From the sequence record NC_019407.1: a stretch of 64,000 nt of DNA; one strand, given 5' to 3'. Positions 1-8,903 of the stretch are shown piece after piece; the stretch's first letter is position 1; each line of letters begins with the position of its first letter. A program made the position numbers and the translations under genes. Below the pieces are notes generated by a model. That model had not been told where the DNA came from. It worked only from the letters and a program-made list of their open reading frames with translations, and ran no database searches.

Positions 1-601
1 CCAGGGTGTCCTCGGCCGAGGTGTGGAGGATCGAGAAGCCCCCAGCCCGGTTCCAGGCCACGCAGTTGGCGACGCGGTCGTCGATCAGGATTTGGTGGTC
101 GGAGTGCTTGCGGTGCATGAATTCCTGCTTCTTGGCCGAGGTCGTGCAGATGAAGCGGTGGTCCTCGATCCGGATGCGATCGGGCACCATGCCGGCCACG
201 GCCTCGTCCCCGGAGAACATCTTGGCGAACGCCTCGGGCAGAAGCGTCTCCTCGATCCAGCGCCGCTTGCCATAGGCCGCGCCCAGCCAGTAGGGGTGGA
301 TCAGGAAGTCCTCGTCCGTCGCCCCGAACTTGGGTGAGGCGGTCAGGATGATCGGATCGGCCTCGAACACCGCCGTGTAGAGGTCGACGGCGCCGGGCAT
401 GAACGGCAGGGTCTCGAAGAAGTTCGTGCCCTCGATCTTGCGGTACATCCCCTGCTTCCAGAGGTTGGCTTCGTCGTCCATCGCGTGGCTCGACTTGTTG
501 TACTCGGGATCGGGCTCAAACCCGAGCCGGCGGATGCCCTCGTCGAAGTCGGCCAGGACACCGTCCATGTCGAGATAGATGGCGAAGTTCTTCAGGTTCA
601 T
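1..601 (-). CDS. HAD-superfamily 5'(3')-deoxyribonucleotidase-like protein (3' end outside window)
   Basis: Hand translation MNLKNFAIYLDMDGVLADFD...IILTASP...ILIDDRVAN shows HAD motif I (DxDGV) and motif IV (IDD). Absent from the ORF track because its stop lies beyond position 1. Confidence 0.85.
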   Translation of the reverse strand, partial: MNLKNFAIYLDMDGVLADFDEGIRRLGFEPDPEYNKSSHAMDDEANLWKQGMYRKIEGTNFFETLPFMPGAVDLYTAVFEADPIILTASPKFGATDEDFLIHPYWLGAAYGKRRWIEETLLPEAFAKMFSGDEAVAGMVPDRIRIEDHRFICTTSAKKQEFMHRKHSDHQILIDDRVANCVAWNRAGGFSILHTSAEDTL

Positions 602-603
602 GG

Positions 604-801
604 TCACTCCGGAAATTGCGCGTGCAGCCCCATGGCGATGCGCGCCAGTTCGTAGGCGGTCTTGGTCTCCAACTCGCAGGTCGGCGTGCGCTCGATCTTG
701 AGTTGGTCGCTCATCATGTGGATGGCGTGGATGATGTCGCTCTTGCGCCTCTTCTCGTAGTAGCGGTGCGACGCGGTGGCGCGGATTTCGACGATCGCCA
801 T
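604..801 (-). CDS. hypothetical protein
   Basis: Start moved to MAIVEIR, which gives an ATGA overlap with the upstream gene. Confidence 0.7.
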   Translation of the reverse strand: MAIVEIRATASHRYYEKRRKSDIIHAIHMMSDQLKIERTPTCELETKTAYELARIAMGLHAQFPE

Positions 802-1070
802 CAGTCCGCGAACTCCCAGGACAGACACAGTTCGCGAGCCACCGAGAGACCGTCATCGGGCAGGTAGGTCGCGCAGAGCCGTTCGGCGGCGATCTGGGCC
901 TCGGCCTTTTGTTCCAATTCCCTGGAGACGGGCTGCGAGCGTGGCATCCGGATCGTAATCCATCCCGACGCCGTCCCCGTGTCGTAGCGAGACCCCACCG
1001 GCTTGACGCCGGTAATCTCGTGGACGATCGCCCGCGCGCGGGCGCCCTTTTGCCGCTTGGTGAGTTCCAT
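801..1070 (-). CDS. hypothetical protein
   Basis: ORF in the tightly packed minus-strand chain. Confidence 0.75.
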   Translation of the reverse strand: MELTKRQKGARARAIVHEITGVKPVGSRYDTGTASGWITIRMPRSQPVSRELEQKAEAQIAAERLCATYLPDDGLSVARELCLSWEFAD

Positions 1071-1072
1071 GT

Positions 1073-1459
1073 TCAGTCCCCCAGGCCCTGCATGGCGTTG
1101 TCGCGACTGTCCTCGGCGTCGGGCCGAGACGCCAGGGCCGCCAGAAGGTCAACCGAGAGGTGGCGGTTGTAGATCGCCACGCCCTTATATTTGAAAAGCT
1201 CGCTGGCTTCGTGGATCAGAGCCCGCTCAACCGCCGCCCAGGCCGTCTGGACGATCTCGGTGTCGGTGGCGTAGTAGGAGAGCTTCCACTTGCGCCCCTT
1301 CCACATCTCCGGCTCACCGGTGACGGTGTTGACCCCGTCCTTGCAGACGATCTGGAGCCAGACCTCGGTGCGGCTGGTCCCGAGTCGGAACTCGAAGCCA
1401 GGATAGCTCAGGCGGTCGACGATGGTGCGGATCGATTGGGCGCTGCGACGATTCGCCAT
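1073..1459 (-). CDS. hypothetical phage protein
   Basis: 128 aa with a WKGRKWKLS motif, in the packed chain. Confidence 0.8.
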   Translation of the reverse strand: MANRRSAQSIRTIVDRLSYPGFEFRLGTSRTEVWLQIVCKDGVNTVTGEPEMWKGRKWKLSYYATDTEIVQTAWAAVERALIHEASELFKYKGVAIYNRHLSVDLLAALASRPDAEDSRDNAMQGLGD

Positions 1460-1461
1460 GC

Positions 1462-1923
1462 TCAGGGCCTCGACTTGATCAGCTTCTTCTTGCGTCGGGG
1501 CGGGCGCGGCGCGAGCGGGAAGCCGTGATCCGCGTACACGGGTTCGGGCGGCGGGGCGGGGAGGTCCGCCGGGCGTTCCAGGCTAAAGGCGTCCGCGTCG
1601 AGGTCGTAGATCGACACCCGATCGCTGTAGCCGTAGCGGTTGTCATGGTAGGTGATCCCGACGTCTCCCAGGCTGGAGACCATGATCACCCGGCAGGCCT
1701 TGCCCTTGTAGCGGCCGTAGAGCTTCGGCATGAAGCCGGCCTCCTCGATCGCCAGGGTCTCGGTGGCGTTGCCGGCGTTCAGCGCCAGGAAGCCCCGCAC
1801 GATGGCCGGCAGCTTGTAGTCGCAGATCGCGCGGCTGTTGCTGACCTCGTAGGGCATGCCGATCTTGCCCTCCATCAGGGCGCCCAGGACCTCGGCGTCG
1901 CTCAGGGTTTCAGTCTCGGCCAT
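1462..1923 (-). CDS. hypothetical protein
   Basis: 153 aa, GC3-rich, in the packed chain. Confidence 0.8.
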   Translation of the reverse strand: MAETETLSDAEVLGALMEGKIGMPYEVSNSRAICDYKLPAIVRGFLALNAGNATETLAIEEAGFMPKLYGRYKGKACRVIMVSSLGDVGITYHDNRYGYSDRVSIYDLDADAFSLERPADLPAPPPEPVYADHGFPLAPRPPRRKKKLIKSRP

Positions 1924-2179
1924 AGGTGATCCTGTACGGGAGCCCGCCGACGCAGATTTTCCCGCGTCGGCCGTCGGCGGTGGTGAAGCGGAAGCCCTGG
2001 CGGTTCTTGGTGCCGGCGCAGGACCACCATGCGCGGTGGAAGCTGACGACCTCGACGCCGGTGTCGCGCTCGACCAGATGTCGAGCGTGACGCCCCTCCC
2101 AGGTGTAGGCCCAGACCCCGATGGCGAAGAAGACCAGAGTCAGGGAGCCATAGATGGCCCCTTTGACATAGTCCCCCAT
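1910..2179 (-). CDS. small membrane protein
   Basis: N-terminal hydrophobic helix GAIYGSLTLVFFAIGVWAYTW. Confidence 0.75.
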   Translation of the reverse strand: MGDYVKGAIYGSLTLVFFAIGVWAYTWEGRHARHLVERDTGVEVVSFHRAWWSCAGTKNRQGFRFTTADGRRGKICVGGLPYRITYGRD

Positions 2180-2556
2180 CAGGCCGCCACGAGCCCGGTG
2201 ATCACGTCGGTGACGATGCGGCGCTTCTCGGCCGGCATGCCCGCCAGCGCCAGGATCGTCTTGGCGCCGATCTCGGCGACGGCGGTCTCGACGTCGGCCC
2301 GGCCGTCGGTCAGGAACGCCGGATCGTCGACCGGCGGATAGAAGTGCCCGATGTCCTTCTTCAGGAACTGAGCCGCCTCGTAGAGCTTCGAGGACGAGAT
2401 GCGGTTATGCCCGCGCTCGTATTTCTGGACCTGCTGGAAGGTCACGCCGATCGCCTCGGCGAGTTGGCCTTGCGAGAAGCCGGCCGTCTTGCGGGTGTCG
2501 CGCAGCTTGCGCCCCACATAGACGTCGACGGGGTGCGGGGTCTTGTCGTCAGCCAT
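2179..2556 (-). CDS. XRE-family helix-turn-helix transcriptional regulator
   Basis: HPVDVYVGRKLRDTRK..SQGQLAEAIGVTFQQVQKYERGHNRIS, the typical alphaproteobacterial XRE signature; start moved to MADDKT. Confidence 0.93.
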   Translation of the reverse strand: MADDKTPHPVDVYVGRKLRDTRKTAGFSQGQLAEAIGVTFQQVQKYERGHNRISSSKLYEAAQFLKKDIGHFYPPVDDPAFLTDGRADVETAVAEIGAKTILALAGMPAEKRRIVTDVITGLVAA

Positions 2557-3535
2557 GAGCGGCTTCCTCCTTCTGCTTCTTGGACCGCAGGTCGCGGCGG
2601 TGCTTAAAGGCCGCGCGCAGGGCCTGGGTGGTGTCGTCGTGCATGCCCAGGTCCGCCCCATCGGGCGCGACCACGCTGTTCTGGAGGCCGAACCGATAGC
2701 CCTCGGCCGTCAGTTCGTAGACCGCCTGCTCCTCGTGCATCTGGGCGAGGTGGCGATAATATTCGGCCAGCGCCAGTTCGTAGTCGCCCAGGAAGAGGCG
2801 CGCGTTGCGCTCGACGCCGGCGACCTCGGCGCGGAAGGTCAGCAGGAACCGCCCAGGCCCGACATGCGTCAGCTTGTAGCCGTGTTCGGCCAGCACCTCG
2901 TCGACGGTCTTGGTGACCGTGTAGATGTGGAAGGTGTAGACGGCTTCGATGTGGGTGTCGTCGTAGAGATACTCGGACCGGTTTTGATGCTCGCCGATGT
3001 AGGGACCCCACTTGTGGTAGCGCCAGCCGCCGGACGCGGGCTGGTGCTCACGCCGGACTTCCACCATCGAGATGAAGTAGGGCGTGTCCGGATCGTCGAT
3101 CAGGTCGGGGATGCAGGCGAGAAGCTGCTCGGAGCTGTCGCAGACGCCGTAGCTTTCGACCAGATAGGGGATGCGCCTATAGCCCTCGGGGACCGGCGGG
3201 ACCTCGTCCAGGTACTCGGTGTCGAGCACCTCGATCTTGTACTTGTCGTGGAGCAGCTTGATCCGCGCCTCGCGGCGGTCTCCGTCGGCCTTGATCCAGG
3301 CCCGGACCGCAGCGCTGCGTTCCTCCTCGGTCTGCCCGCGTTCGTAGGGCGGACCCCACTTGCTGTCGAGGTCCTCGATCTTTTCGACGATCTCGTACTC
3401 GGGATTCCAGGAGCCCATCGAGTAGACGCCCTGGTGGAGGCGAATGGGCTTGCGGGCGCGGTTGTTCATTTCCGCGATCATCTTGGCGATCGGGTCGACT
3501 TCCGAGGCGGGGCGCAGGGTGATGTCGTAGAGCAT
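2549..3535 (-). CDS. hypothetical phage protein
   Basis: 328 aa from MLYDITLRP (ATGA overlap); contains GGWRYHKWGPYIG. Confidence 0.8.
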   Translation of the reverse strand: MLYDITLRPASEVDPIAKMIAEMNNRARKPIRLHQGVYSMGSWNPEYEIVEKIEDLDSKWGPPYERGQTEEERSAAVRAWIKADGDRREARIKLLHDKYKIEVLDTEYLDEVPPVPEGYRRIPYLVESYGVCDSSEQLLACIPDLIDDPDTPYFISMVEVRREHQPASGGWRYHKWGPYIGEHQNRSEYLYDDTHIEAVYTFHIYTVTKTVDEVLAEHGYKLTHVGPGRFLLTFRAEVAGVERNARLFLGDYELALAEYYRHLAQMHEEQAVYELTAEGYRFGLQNSVVAPDGADLGMHDDTTQALRAAFKHRRDLRSKKQKEEAAHG

Positions 3536-3816
3536 CAGGCGGCGCCCTGGGCGATTTCGTAGGTGATCTTCGAGACGCCGATATCGACCACGAACCGGTC
3601 GGGCGAGCCGTCGAACACGTAGTTGGCCTGACACCCAATCGGCATCATCTTGCCGTTGTCCATCCAGATCGCGTCCGGCGTGGCCTCGACCACGCCGCGC
3701 ACCTGCGCCTGGGCCGGAGAAGGTTGCATCTCCACGCCGCCCACGGTGATCGCCACGGCCGCGAGACGCGCGCCCGGCTGGTTCAACTTGGCGATCAGGT
3801 CCTGGATCGAGTTCAC
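3535..3816 (-). CDS. hypothetical protein
   Basis: GTG start after GGAGG, directly downstream of the class-B promoter. Confidence 0.75.
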   Translation of the reverse strand: MNSIQDLIAKLNQPGARLAAVAITVGGVEMQPSPAQAQVRGVVEATPDAIWMDNGKMMPIGCQANYVFDGSPDRFVVDIGVSKITYEIAQGAA

Positions 3817-3832
3817 GCGGCCTCCTTCTGTC

Positions 3833-3876
3833 GTTGTGTCGACATAAGCTCTAGCCGTGGTTTTCCGGCCTGTCAA
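3833..3876 (-). promoter_or_regulatory. class-B promoter cassette (variant box)
   Basis: TTGACA-N17-TAGAGC-N7-GACACAAC, then GGAGG. Confidence 0.8.
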
Positions 3877-3892
3877 CACACAACCGCCAAGG

Positions 3893-3928
3893 GTCAAAAG
3901 AAAACCGCCGCCCCGAAGGACGGCGGTC
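3893..3928 (-). terminator. Rho-independent terminator
   Basis: ACCGCCGTCC-TTCG-GGGCGGCGGT followed by TTTCTTTT on the minus strand. Confidence 0.88.
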
Positions 3929-3953
3929 ATGACAGAGCATGTCAGGAGGGACG

Positions 3954-6077
3954 TCAGACGTCCAGAGCGAAGGCCGGCGGGGAGACGTCCGGCTTCTGAA
4001 TGATGAATCCCCGATCCAAGAGGGGCGGGAAGACCTGCTTGAGCACGCCGGCCGCGACCCCGGCTTCCTCGGCGATTTCGGCGAACGTGAAGGCCTCGCG
4101 CTGACCGGCGCTGGCGACAAACAGATCGTTGAGCGCCAGGATCACCGCGCCCGCCGGACTGATCTCGTAGGCCATGTCGAAATTCGGGTCTTCCGACAGC
4201 CGCAGCAGGCCTTCCGCCTCCAGGTTCGCGATGAGCGCCTTGAGTTGGTCGACCTTGACCGCGCCAAGATGGGTTTGGATTTCCCAGGGCGCCGCCGGCT
4301 CCTCGGCGCGCACGGCTTGCAGCGTCGCGATCAAGGCGATCGCCGGCATGGCCCGCACGATCATCTCGTCGCCAACCGTCAGGTCCGGGGTGTTGACCAG
4401 CAGGTCATTGATCACCGCGTCGCCGTGGGTCTCGACATAGGTCCGCAGCCGCTTGAGGGCGACCAGGAAATCGTCCTTGGTGATCGGCTCGATGCGGAAG
4501 GTCAGGAGCGGGTCGGTCGGAATCTCCGAGAAGTAGGCCCGACCCCGGTGGCTCCAGCCCTCGACCACATGCAGGAAGAGATCGATCGGCATGGCGACGG
4601 CGCCAAAGCCCAGTCGCGCATCGTCCGTCGCCTCCTCGACCTGCGCCAAGGCGTTGTCGATCGCTTCGAGCGTGAAGCCCCCGACAAGGCCGTTTTCCGC
4701 CGCGTCCAGCACGTTGGCCGCTTCTTCGGTGCCGAGCCCTTCGACGACCATTTCCGAGGCCTCCTGAGCCGTTTCCTGCGGCAGGGCGTCGGCGAGCTTG
4801 CTCATCGCCTCGGCGACGCCGCTCGTGTCGAGTTCCAGCTTCAGGGCCAGCTTCTCGGGACGCGCCGAGTAGGGCACGCCCTGGATCACCACGGCGCCCA
4901 GGTCGCCGACGACGCGCTTGGTCACTTCCAGATAGGCGTAGCGCGAGGCGGCGTTGAGCAGCGACAGCCGTTCGAAGACGATCTGCTGCTCCTGCTCGCG
5001 CGACAGGATGCCCGTCTCCAGGATGAACAGCGGCTCGGAGCCATCCAGCGGGGGCTTGGCCTCGCCGTCGTCTTCCGGAAGGTCCTCGTCGAAATCGGCG
5101 CCGCTGATCGGCTCGCTCTCCGGCGGGGTGAAGCGGATGCCCGGCTCGCGGGGCGGTTCGGCGGGAGTGGCGTCGTCGAGAGGCATGTCGGTCCTTTGAG
5201 GCTTGGAGGTGATGAAGAGCGTGGTGAGATCGACGTCCCAGACCCCGCGCCCGTCGGTGAAGAGCGCCATGAAGGTCCCCAGGCGCGCATCCCAGCGGAT
5301 GGTCTGGATCACGCCGTTGACGTCGCCATAGACGCCGGTCGCCCCCACGAGTTCATCGCGCAGGACCTCCGCATGGTCGTGGCACTCACCAAGCGTCGCC
5401 GGACGCACGGCGTGGAACGGGTATTGCTGATAGGCGCCCGGCGGCGAGACGAGGCGGACATTGACGTAGAGCGGCCCCAGATAGGTGTGGGCGTCGCGCA
5501 GGAAGCCGACCACGGTCTCCCCGTCGTTCTGGGTCGCCACCACGGGCATGCCGGCGCAGTTAGCCGTCAGGACCGCCGGATAGTCCTGGGGATAGGCCAC
5601 GGCGTAAAGGTGGAGATGATCACCCCGACGCTGGGCCTTCCAGTCGGCGACGCGACCGGCCGGCACGCGCGTGGCCCCAAACTCCGGCGTCTCCTCGATC
5701 AAGACGCCGCCGTCCGGAAGGTCCGCCTGCCCGACGTAAGGAACGACCTCGCTATGGCTGACGCTCCAGGCGGGCTTGGGAAATTGCGGGGTGATCATGA
5801 TCTTCTCGGTGAAGGTGAGATTGATGGCGTCGGCGTAGTGGACATACGGGCCGACCGGGGTAGTCCAGGGCGGATCGCCCTTGCGGATGTCCGACAGCGG
5901 CACCGCGACGTGCCTGCCGTTGGGCTGGACGATGTCGGCCAGGATGCGCGGCGGCTGGTGAATCAGGGTCACGACGTGCCCCTCGCCCGCCTCGAAGGTG
6001 CGGCTCTTGGGCCACCAGACCTTGGACCCGGTCCAGTGGATCGACTGGATGACGAGGTCTTGTTCGGTCCCGATCAT
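3954..6077 (-). CDS. large hypothetical protein with a possible C-terminal winged helix
   Basis: 707 aa with an acidic Pro-rich linker; ends FTFAEIAEEAGV...LLDRGFI. Confidence 0.8.
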   Translation of the reverse strand: MIGTEQDLVIQSIHWTGSKVWWPKSRTFEAGEGHVVTLIHQPPRILADIVQPNGRHVAVPLSDIRKGDPPWTTPVGPYVHYADAINLTFTEKIMITPQFPKPAWSVSHSEVVPYVGQADLPDGGVLIEETPEFGATRVPAGRVADWKAQRRGDHLHLYAVAYPQDYPAVLTANCAGMPVVATQNDGETVVGFLRDAHTYLGPLYVNVRLVSPPGAYQQYPFHAVRPATLGECHDHAEVLRDELVGATGVYGDVNGVIQTIRWDARLGTFMALFTDGRGVWDVDLTTLFITSKPQRTDMPLDDATPAEPPREPGIRFTPPESEPISGADFDEDLPEDDGEAKPPLDGSEPLFILETGILSREQEQQIVFERLSLLNAASRYAYLEVTKRVVGDLGAVVIQGVPYSARPEKLALKLELDTSGVAEAMSKLADALPQETAQEASEMVVEGLGTEEAANVLDAAENGLVGGFTLEAIDNALAQVEEATDDARLGFGAVAMPIDLFLHVVEGWSHRGRAYFSEIPTDPLLTFRIEPITKDDFLVALKRLRTYVETHGDAVINDLLVNTPDLTVGDEMIVRAMPAIALIATLQAVRAEEPAAPWEIQTHLGAVKVDQLKALIANLEAEGLLRLSEDPNFDMAYEISPAGAVILALNDLFVASAGQREAFTFAEIAEEAGVAAGVLKQVFPPLLDRGFIIQKPDVSPPAFALDV

Positions 6078-6499
6078 GCGGACGCCGCCGCGCCGGCCGG
6101 CGTCAAGCCGTAGATGGTGGGGCCTCGCGGCGACTTGCCGATCGCGACCACTTCCAGATAGCCCATATTGTTCAAAGCCTTTGCCGTTTCATGATCGGGA
6201 TGGTCGGTGAAGACGTTGAGCCGCCCGCCTTCGCCCATCGCCTGGGCGGCGCGCAGAAGGCTCGCCTCGGCTTCGGTCAGGGTGACCAGGGCGACGTCCT
6301 CCAGCGCCACGTCGATCACGCAGGTCTGACCCTGATGAACGAACTCGATGATCGCCAGCCGGCGATAGGTCCCCGGCAGGACCGCGAGGCAGACGCCTCG
6401 GACCTCGACCTTCTGGCGGGCGGTGATCGGGAGATAGAGGCTCGTCTTGACGGCCTTGCCCTTGAGGGACAGATGCTCGTGCGTCGCCAGCGGGATCAT
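6074..6499 (-). CDS. hypothetical protein
   Basis: ATGA overlap; C-terminal LNNMGYLEVV...YGLTPAG resembles a wHTH wing. Confidence 0.78.
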   Translation of the reverse strand: MIPLATHEHLSLKGKAVKTSLYLPITARQKVEVRGVCLAVLPGTYRRLAIIEFVHQGQTCVIDVALEDVALVTLTEAEASLLRAAQAMGEGGRLNVFTDHPDHETAKALNNMGYLEVVAIGKSPRGPTIYGLTPAGAAASA

Positions 6500-6741
6500 G
6501 GCTCGACCTTCCGGACAGTGTAGGAGAATTCGTCGTGGACGCGACCGTCGAAACTAGCCTCGTAGCCGGGGCCGAGTTCGGCCAGGATGCGCGCCTCGAT
6601 CTCGGCGAAGTCGATTTTCGCCATCGCCTGTTCGGCCGCCCGCATCTGCTGGAGGAAGCCGTCCTTGATCTGGCGCCCCGCCTCGGTGCGGATCGGGATG
6701 TTCTGGATCGGCGGCTCGGATTTCGACAGACGCTCGCCCAT
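6496..6741 (-). CDS. hypothetical protein
   Basis: 81 aa from MGERLSK, with ATGA overlaps at both ends. Confidence 0.7.
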   Translation of the reverse strand: MGERLSKSEPPIQNIPIRTEAGRQIKDGFLQQMRAAEQAMAKIDFAEIEARILAELGPGYEASFDGRVHDEFSYTVRKVEP

Positions 6742-7289
6742 CAGGCCCTCCGGCGATAGACCCGCACCGGGCGGGTGGGGAGGCGTTTCTCGGGCGGCTT
6801 GTAGGCGACCAGAGCATGGCTGATGCAGTAGACGCCCGCCTCGGCGCGGCACCCGCAATGGCCAAAGTCCGGCGAGTTCGGGTCGCCATAGGGCCAGCGG
6901 CACATTCCGCGCTTGAGTTCGGCCGTCGCGAACAGCCGCGCCGGGCGCGGCGGGATGACCGCCGTTCCTTCGGGGACCAGGGCGAGCTTGGGCTTGGCCG
7001 GCGGAGCGGGCTTTTCGACCTTCTTGGGCTTGCGCGCCGTGGCCTTCTTGACCTTGCGGACCTGGATGCCCAGGCCGCGCGTCTTCTTGCGGCGGGCGGT
7101 CGGAGGCGGAACCTTCTCGCCCAGTTCGCCGGCGGCCTTCAGTCGGTCGGCCTTGCCGCAGACGGCGCTCTTGGTGCGCGGCACGCTCAGGCGCTGACCG
7201 ATCTCCTTGGTCCCGACCGGCTCCGCCCAGAGCTTCTTGAGCAGGGCGATGTCCTCGTCCGGCCAGTCGGAATTCCGCTTCTTCACCAC
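6741..7289 (-). CDS. gcrA: GcrA-like cell-cycle transcriptional regulator
   Basis: N-terminal WPDEDIALLKKLW...TKSAVCGKADRL and C-terminal CRWPYGDP...FGHCG...YCISH match the two conserved GcrA domains, joined by a basic Pro-rich linker. Confidence 0.92.
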   Translation of the reverse strand: MVKKRNSDWPDEDIALLKKLWAEPVGTKEIGQRLSVPRTKSAVCGKADRLKAAGELGEKVPPPTARRKKTRGLGIQVRKVKKATARKPKKVEKPAPPAKPKLALVPEGTAVIPPRPARLFATAELKRGMCRWPYGDPNSPDFGHCGCRAEAGVYCISHALVAYKPPEKRLPTRPVRVYRRRA

Positions 7290-7296
7290 GCTTGCA

Positions 7297-7476
7297 CTAC
7301 TCCTTGATCTCGACGCTCTTGGGCGGATTGGGATGAGGAACGAAGACCAGGGCCACGTCCTGACCGCCGGTATAGCGCGTGCGCCGACTGTAGAGCCAGC
7401 CGCCTTCCACCGCCAACCGCTCGGTCACCTGACCATCGGCTTCGTCGATCTTTTCCCACTTGGACTTCTTAGCCAT
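7297..7476 (-). CDS. small hypothetical protein (59 aa, below the ORF-track cutoff)
   Basis: Hand translation MAKKSKWEKIDEADGQVTERLAVEGGWLYSRRTRYTGGQDVALVFVPHPNPPKSVEIKE, preceded by GAGGGG. Confidence 0.78.
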   Translation of the reverse strand: MAKKSKWEKIDEADGQVTERLAVEGGWLYSRRTRYTGGQDVALVFVPHPNPPKSVEIKE

Positions 7477-7497
7477 CTTCCCCTCGAATTTGGCGGC

Positions 7498-7526
7498 ACC
7501 CTAGAGGAGCGTTCGAGTGTTGACAA
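7498..7526 (-). promoter_or_regulatory. leftward sigma70-type promoter for the gcrA cluster
   Basis: TTGTCA-N17-TAGGGT on the minus strand. Confidence 0.65.
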
Positions 7527-7560
7527 GCACCAATGTCGCTGGCTTTCGAGTGTTGACAAG
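7512..7560. repeat. 16-bp direct repeat TTCGAGTGTTGACAAG x2
   Basis: Exact copies at 7512-7527 and 7545-7560. Confidence 0.9.
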
Positions 7561-7597
7561 TCCGGTGCTCGTCTATAGGGGAGACCGGGACGACAAC
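7553..7597 (+). promoter_or_regulatory. class-B promoter cassette
   Basis: TTGACA-N17-TAGGGG-N7-GACGACAAC, then AAGGAG. Confidence 0.8.
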
Positions 7598-7611
7598 GAA
7601 AGGAGCCTGCC

Positions 7612-7920
7612 ATGCGCTATGTGCTCGACTATGCCGACGACCGGGACAAGCCGGTCTACACCGATTTCCAGGCCGGCGACCGCAAGGCGGCCATCGCCAA
7701 GGCCAAGCGCCTGCTCGCCAAGGCGATCAAGACCGTCGATTTCTCGCTCCACGGGGCCTATATCTTCGTCGATCCGACGGGCGTCGCCCGCGACGTCGAC
7801 GACATGATCCCGTTCGGGATGCTGAGCACGATGGCCTACGCCAGCATCATCACCCCGTCGATGATCTCGTTCGACGACCGCGACGCCAAGGCGGCGATCG
7901 CCGCGAGGCTCGCCCAATGA
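7612..7920 (+). CDS. hypothetical protein
   Basis: First gene after the promoter, with SD AGGAG. Confidence 0.85.
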   Translation: MRYVLDYADDRDKPVYTDFQAGDRKAAIAKAKRLLAKAIKTVDFSLHGAYIFVDPTGVARDVDDMIPFGMLSTMAYASIITPSMISFDDRDAKAAIAARLAQ

Positions 7921-8129
7921 TGGATCGTCAGGACGTCAAGCCCGGCTTCATCTATCGCGGCGGCAAGAACGGAACCCTGCGTCAGATCGTGAGCTATGGG
8001 GCGACCGAGGATTTCGTCTGCTGGGCCAATCCCCACGATCGCCTGCCCTACGGCGGCTTCATCTCCACCATCTGCACGTCCAGGACGTCGTTCGCCCGCT
8101 GGGCCGACAAGATCGAGGAAGAGGTCTGA
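7917..8129 (+). CDS. hypothetical protein
   Basis: ATGA overlap chain. Confidence 0.75.
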   Translation: MMDRQDVKPGFIYRGGKNGTLRQIVSYGATEDFVCWANPHDRLPYGGFISTICTSRTSFARWADKIEEEV

Positions 8130-8401
8130 TGAACACCTTCTTCCTCCGGCAGACCAAACGGGATGAGCAGGGTCGACGCTACTTTGAGTTCGTCGATCCT
8201 GACCTGACCCAGCGCCTCTATGTCCGCAAGCCGCCGGACGACTGGTCCGAGGGCTTCCCGATCGTCCTGGAGGACTTCGTCGATGGCAAGCCCGCCGGCT
8301 CCATCATCTGCCCGGCCGGGAAGAAGCGGGGGCACGGCTTCGCGGCCTTCTTCAAGGCCAACCCCAAGGATTTCCGCAAGCTCAAGAAAGGTCGCCTATG
8401 A
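8129..8401 (+). CDS. hypothetical protein
   Basis: TGATG overlap chain. Confidence 0.75.
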   Translation: MNTFFLRQTKRDEQGRRYFEFVDPDLTQRLYVRKPPDDWSEGFPIVLEDFVDGKPAGSIICPAGKKRGHGFAAFFKANPKDFRKLKKGRL

Positions 8402-8655
8402 GGATTCCCCAGCCCGTCGAGTTCACCGTGGCCGACCTCATCGCCCACCTCGCGACCCTGCCCCAGGACGCCAAGGTCGGCGTGCGCGGCGGGTTCGGGG
8501 GCTTCCGGCCGCTCGACGAGATCGCCCCGATCGAACTCGTCACCTTCTACGGCGAGACCGACGTCGACCGCATGACGCTGGCGACCGCCGACCCCATCGC
8601 CATCAACTGGAAGGGCAAGCGCGGCGAGCCCTTCACGGCCATCATTCTCGACTAG
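8398..8655 (+). CDS. hypothetical protein
   Basis: ATGA overlap; TVADLIAHLATLPQD motif. Confidence 0.78.
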   Translation: MRIPQPVEFTVADLIAHLATLPQDAKVGVRGGFGGFRPLDEIAPIELVTFYGETDVDRMTLATADPIAINWKGKRGEPFTAIILD

Positions 8656-8663
8656 GAGGACCC

Positions 8664-8903
8664 ATGACCAACCGTGTCTGGATTGAACTCGAACCGTCCG
8701 CGTCCGAGGGCCACGCCCGCGCCGCCGCCGCGTCGGCCATGCTGAAGCGCCTGGGTGTCGACGTCGGCGTCCACAAGCCGGTGTTCTGGCACGAGCGCAA
8801 TGAGCGCTACTGCTTCACGCTCGACGCCTCGGGCGTCTACGTCGAGGCCGAGGACCACGGCCACTGGTACAACCTCGATTTCCTGGCGGGCGCCGATGTC
8901 TGA
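8664..8903 (+). CDS. hypothetical protein
   Basis: Start moved to MTNRVW after GGAGGA. Confidence 0.78.
   Translation: MTNRVWIELEPSASEGHARAAAASAMLKRLGVDVGVHKPVFWHERNERYCFTLDASGVYVEAEDHGHWYNLDFLAGADV

Noticed and set aside
3939-6113. 724-aa plus-strand ORF
   Set aside because: It is the antisense shadow of the 707-aa minus-strand gene, which fits the operon and terminator.
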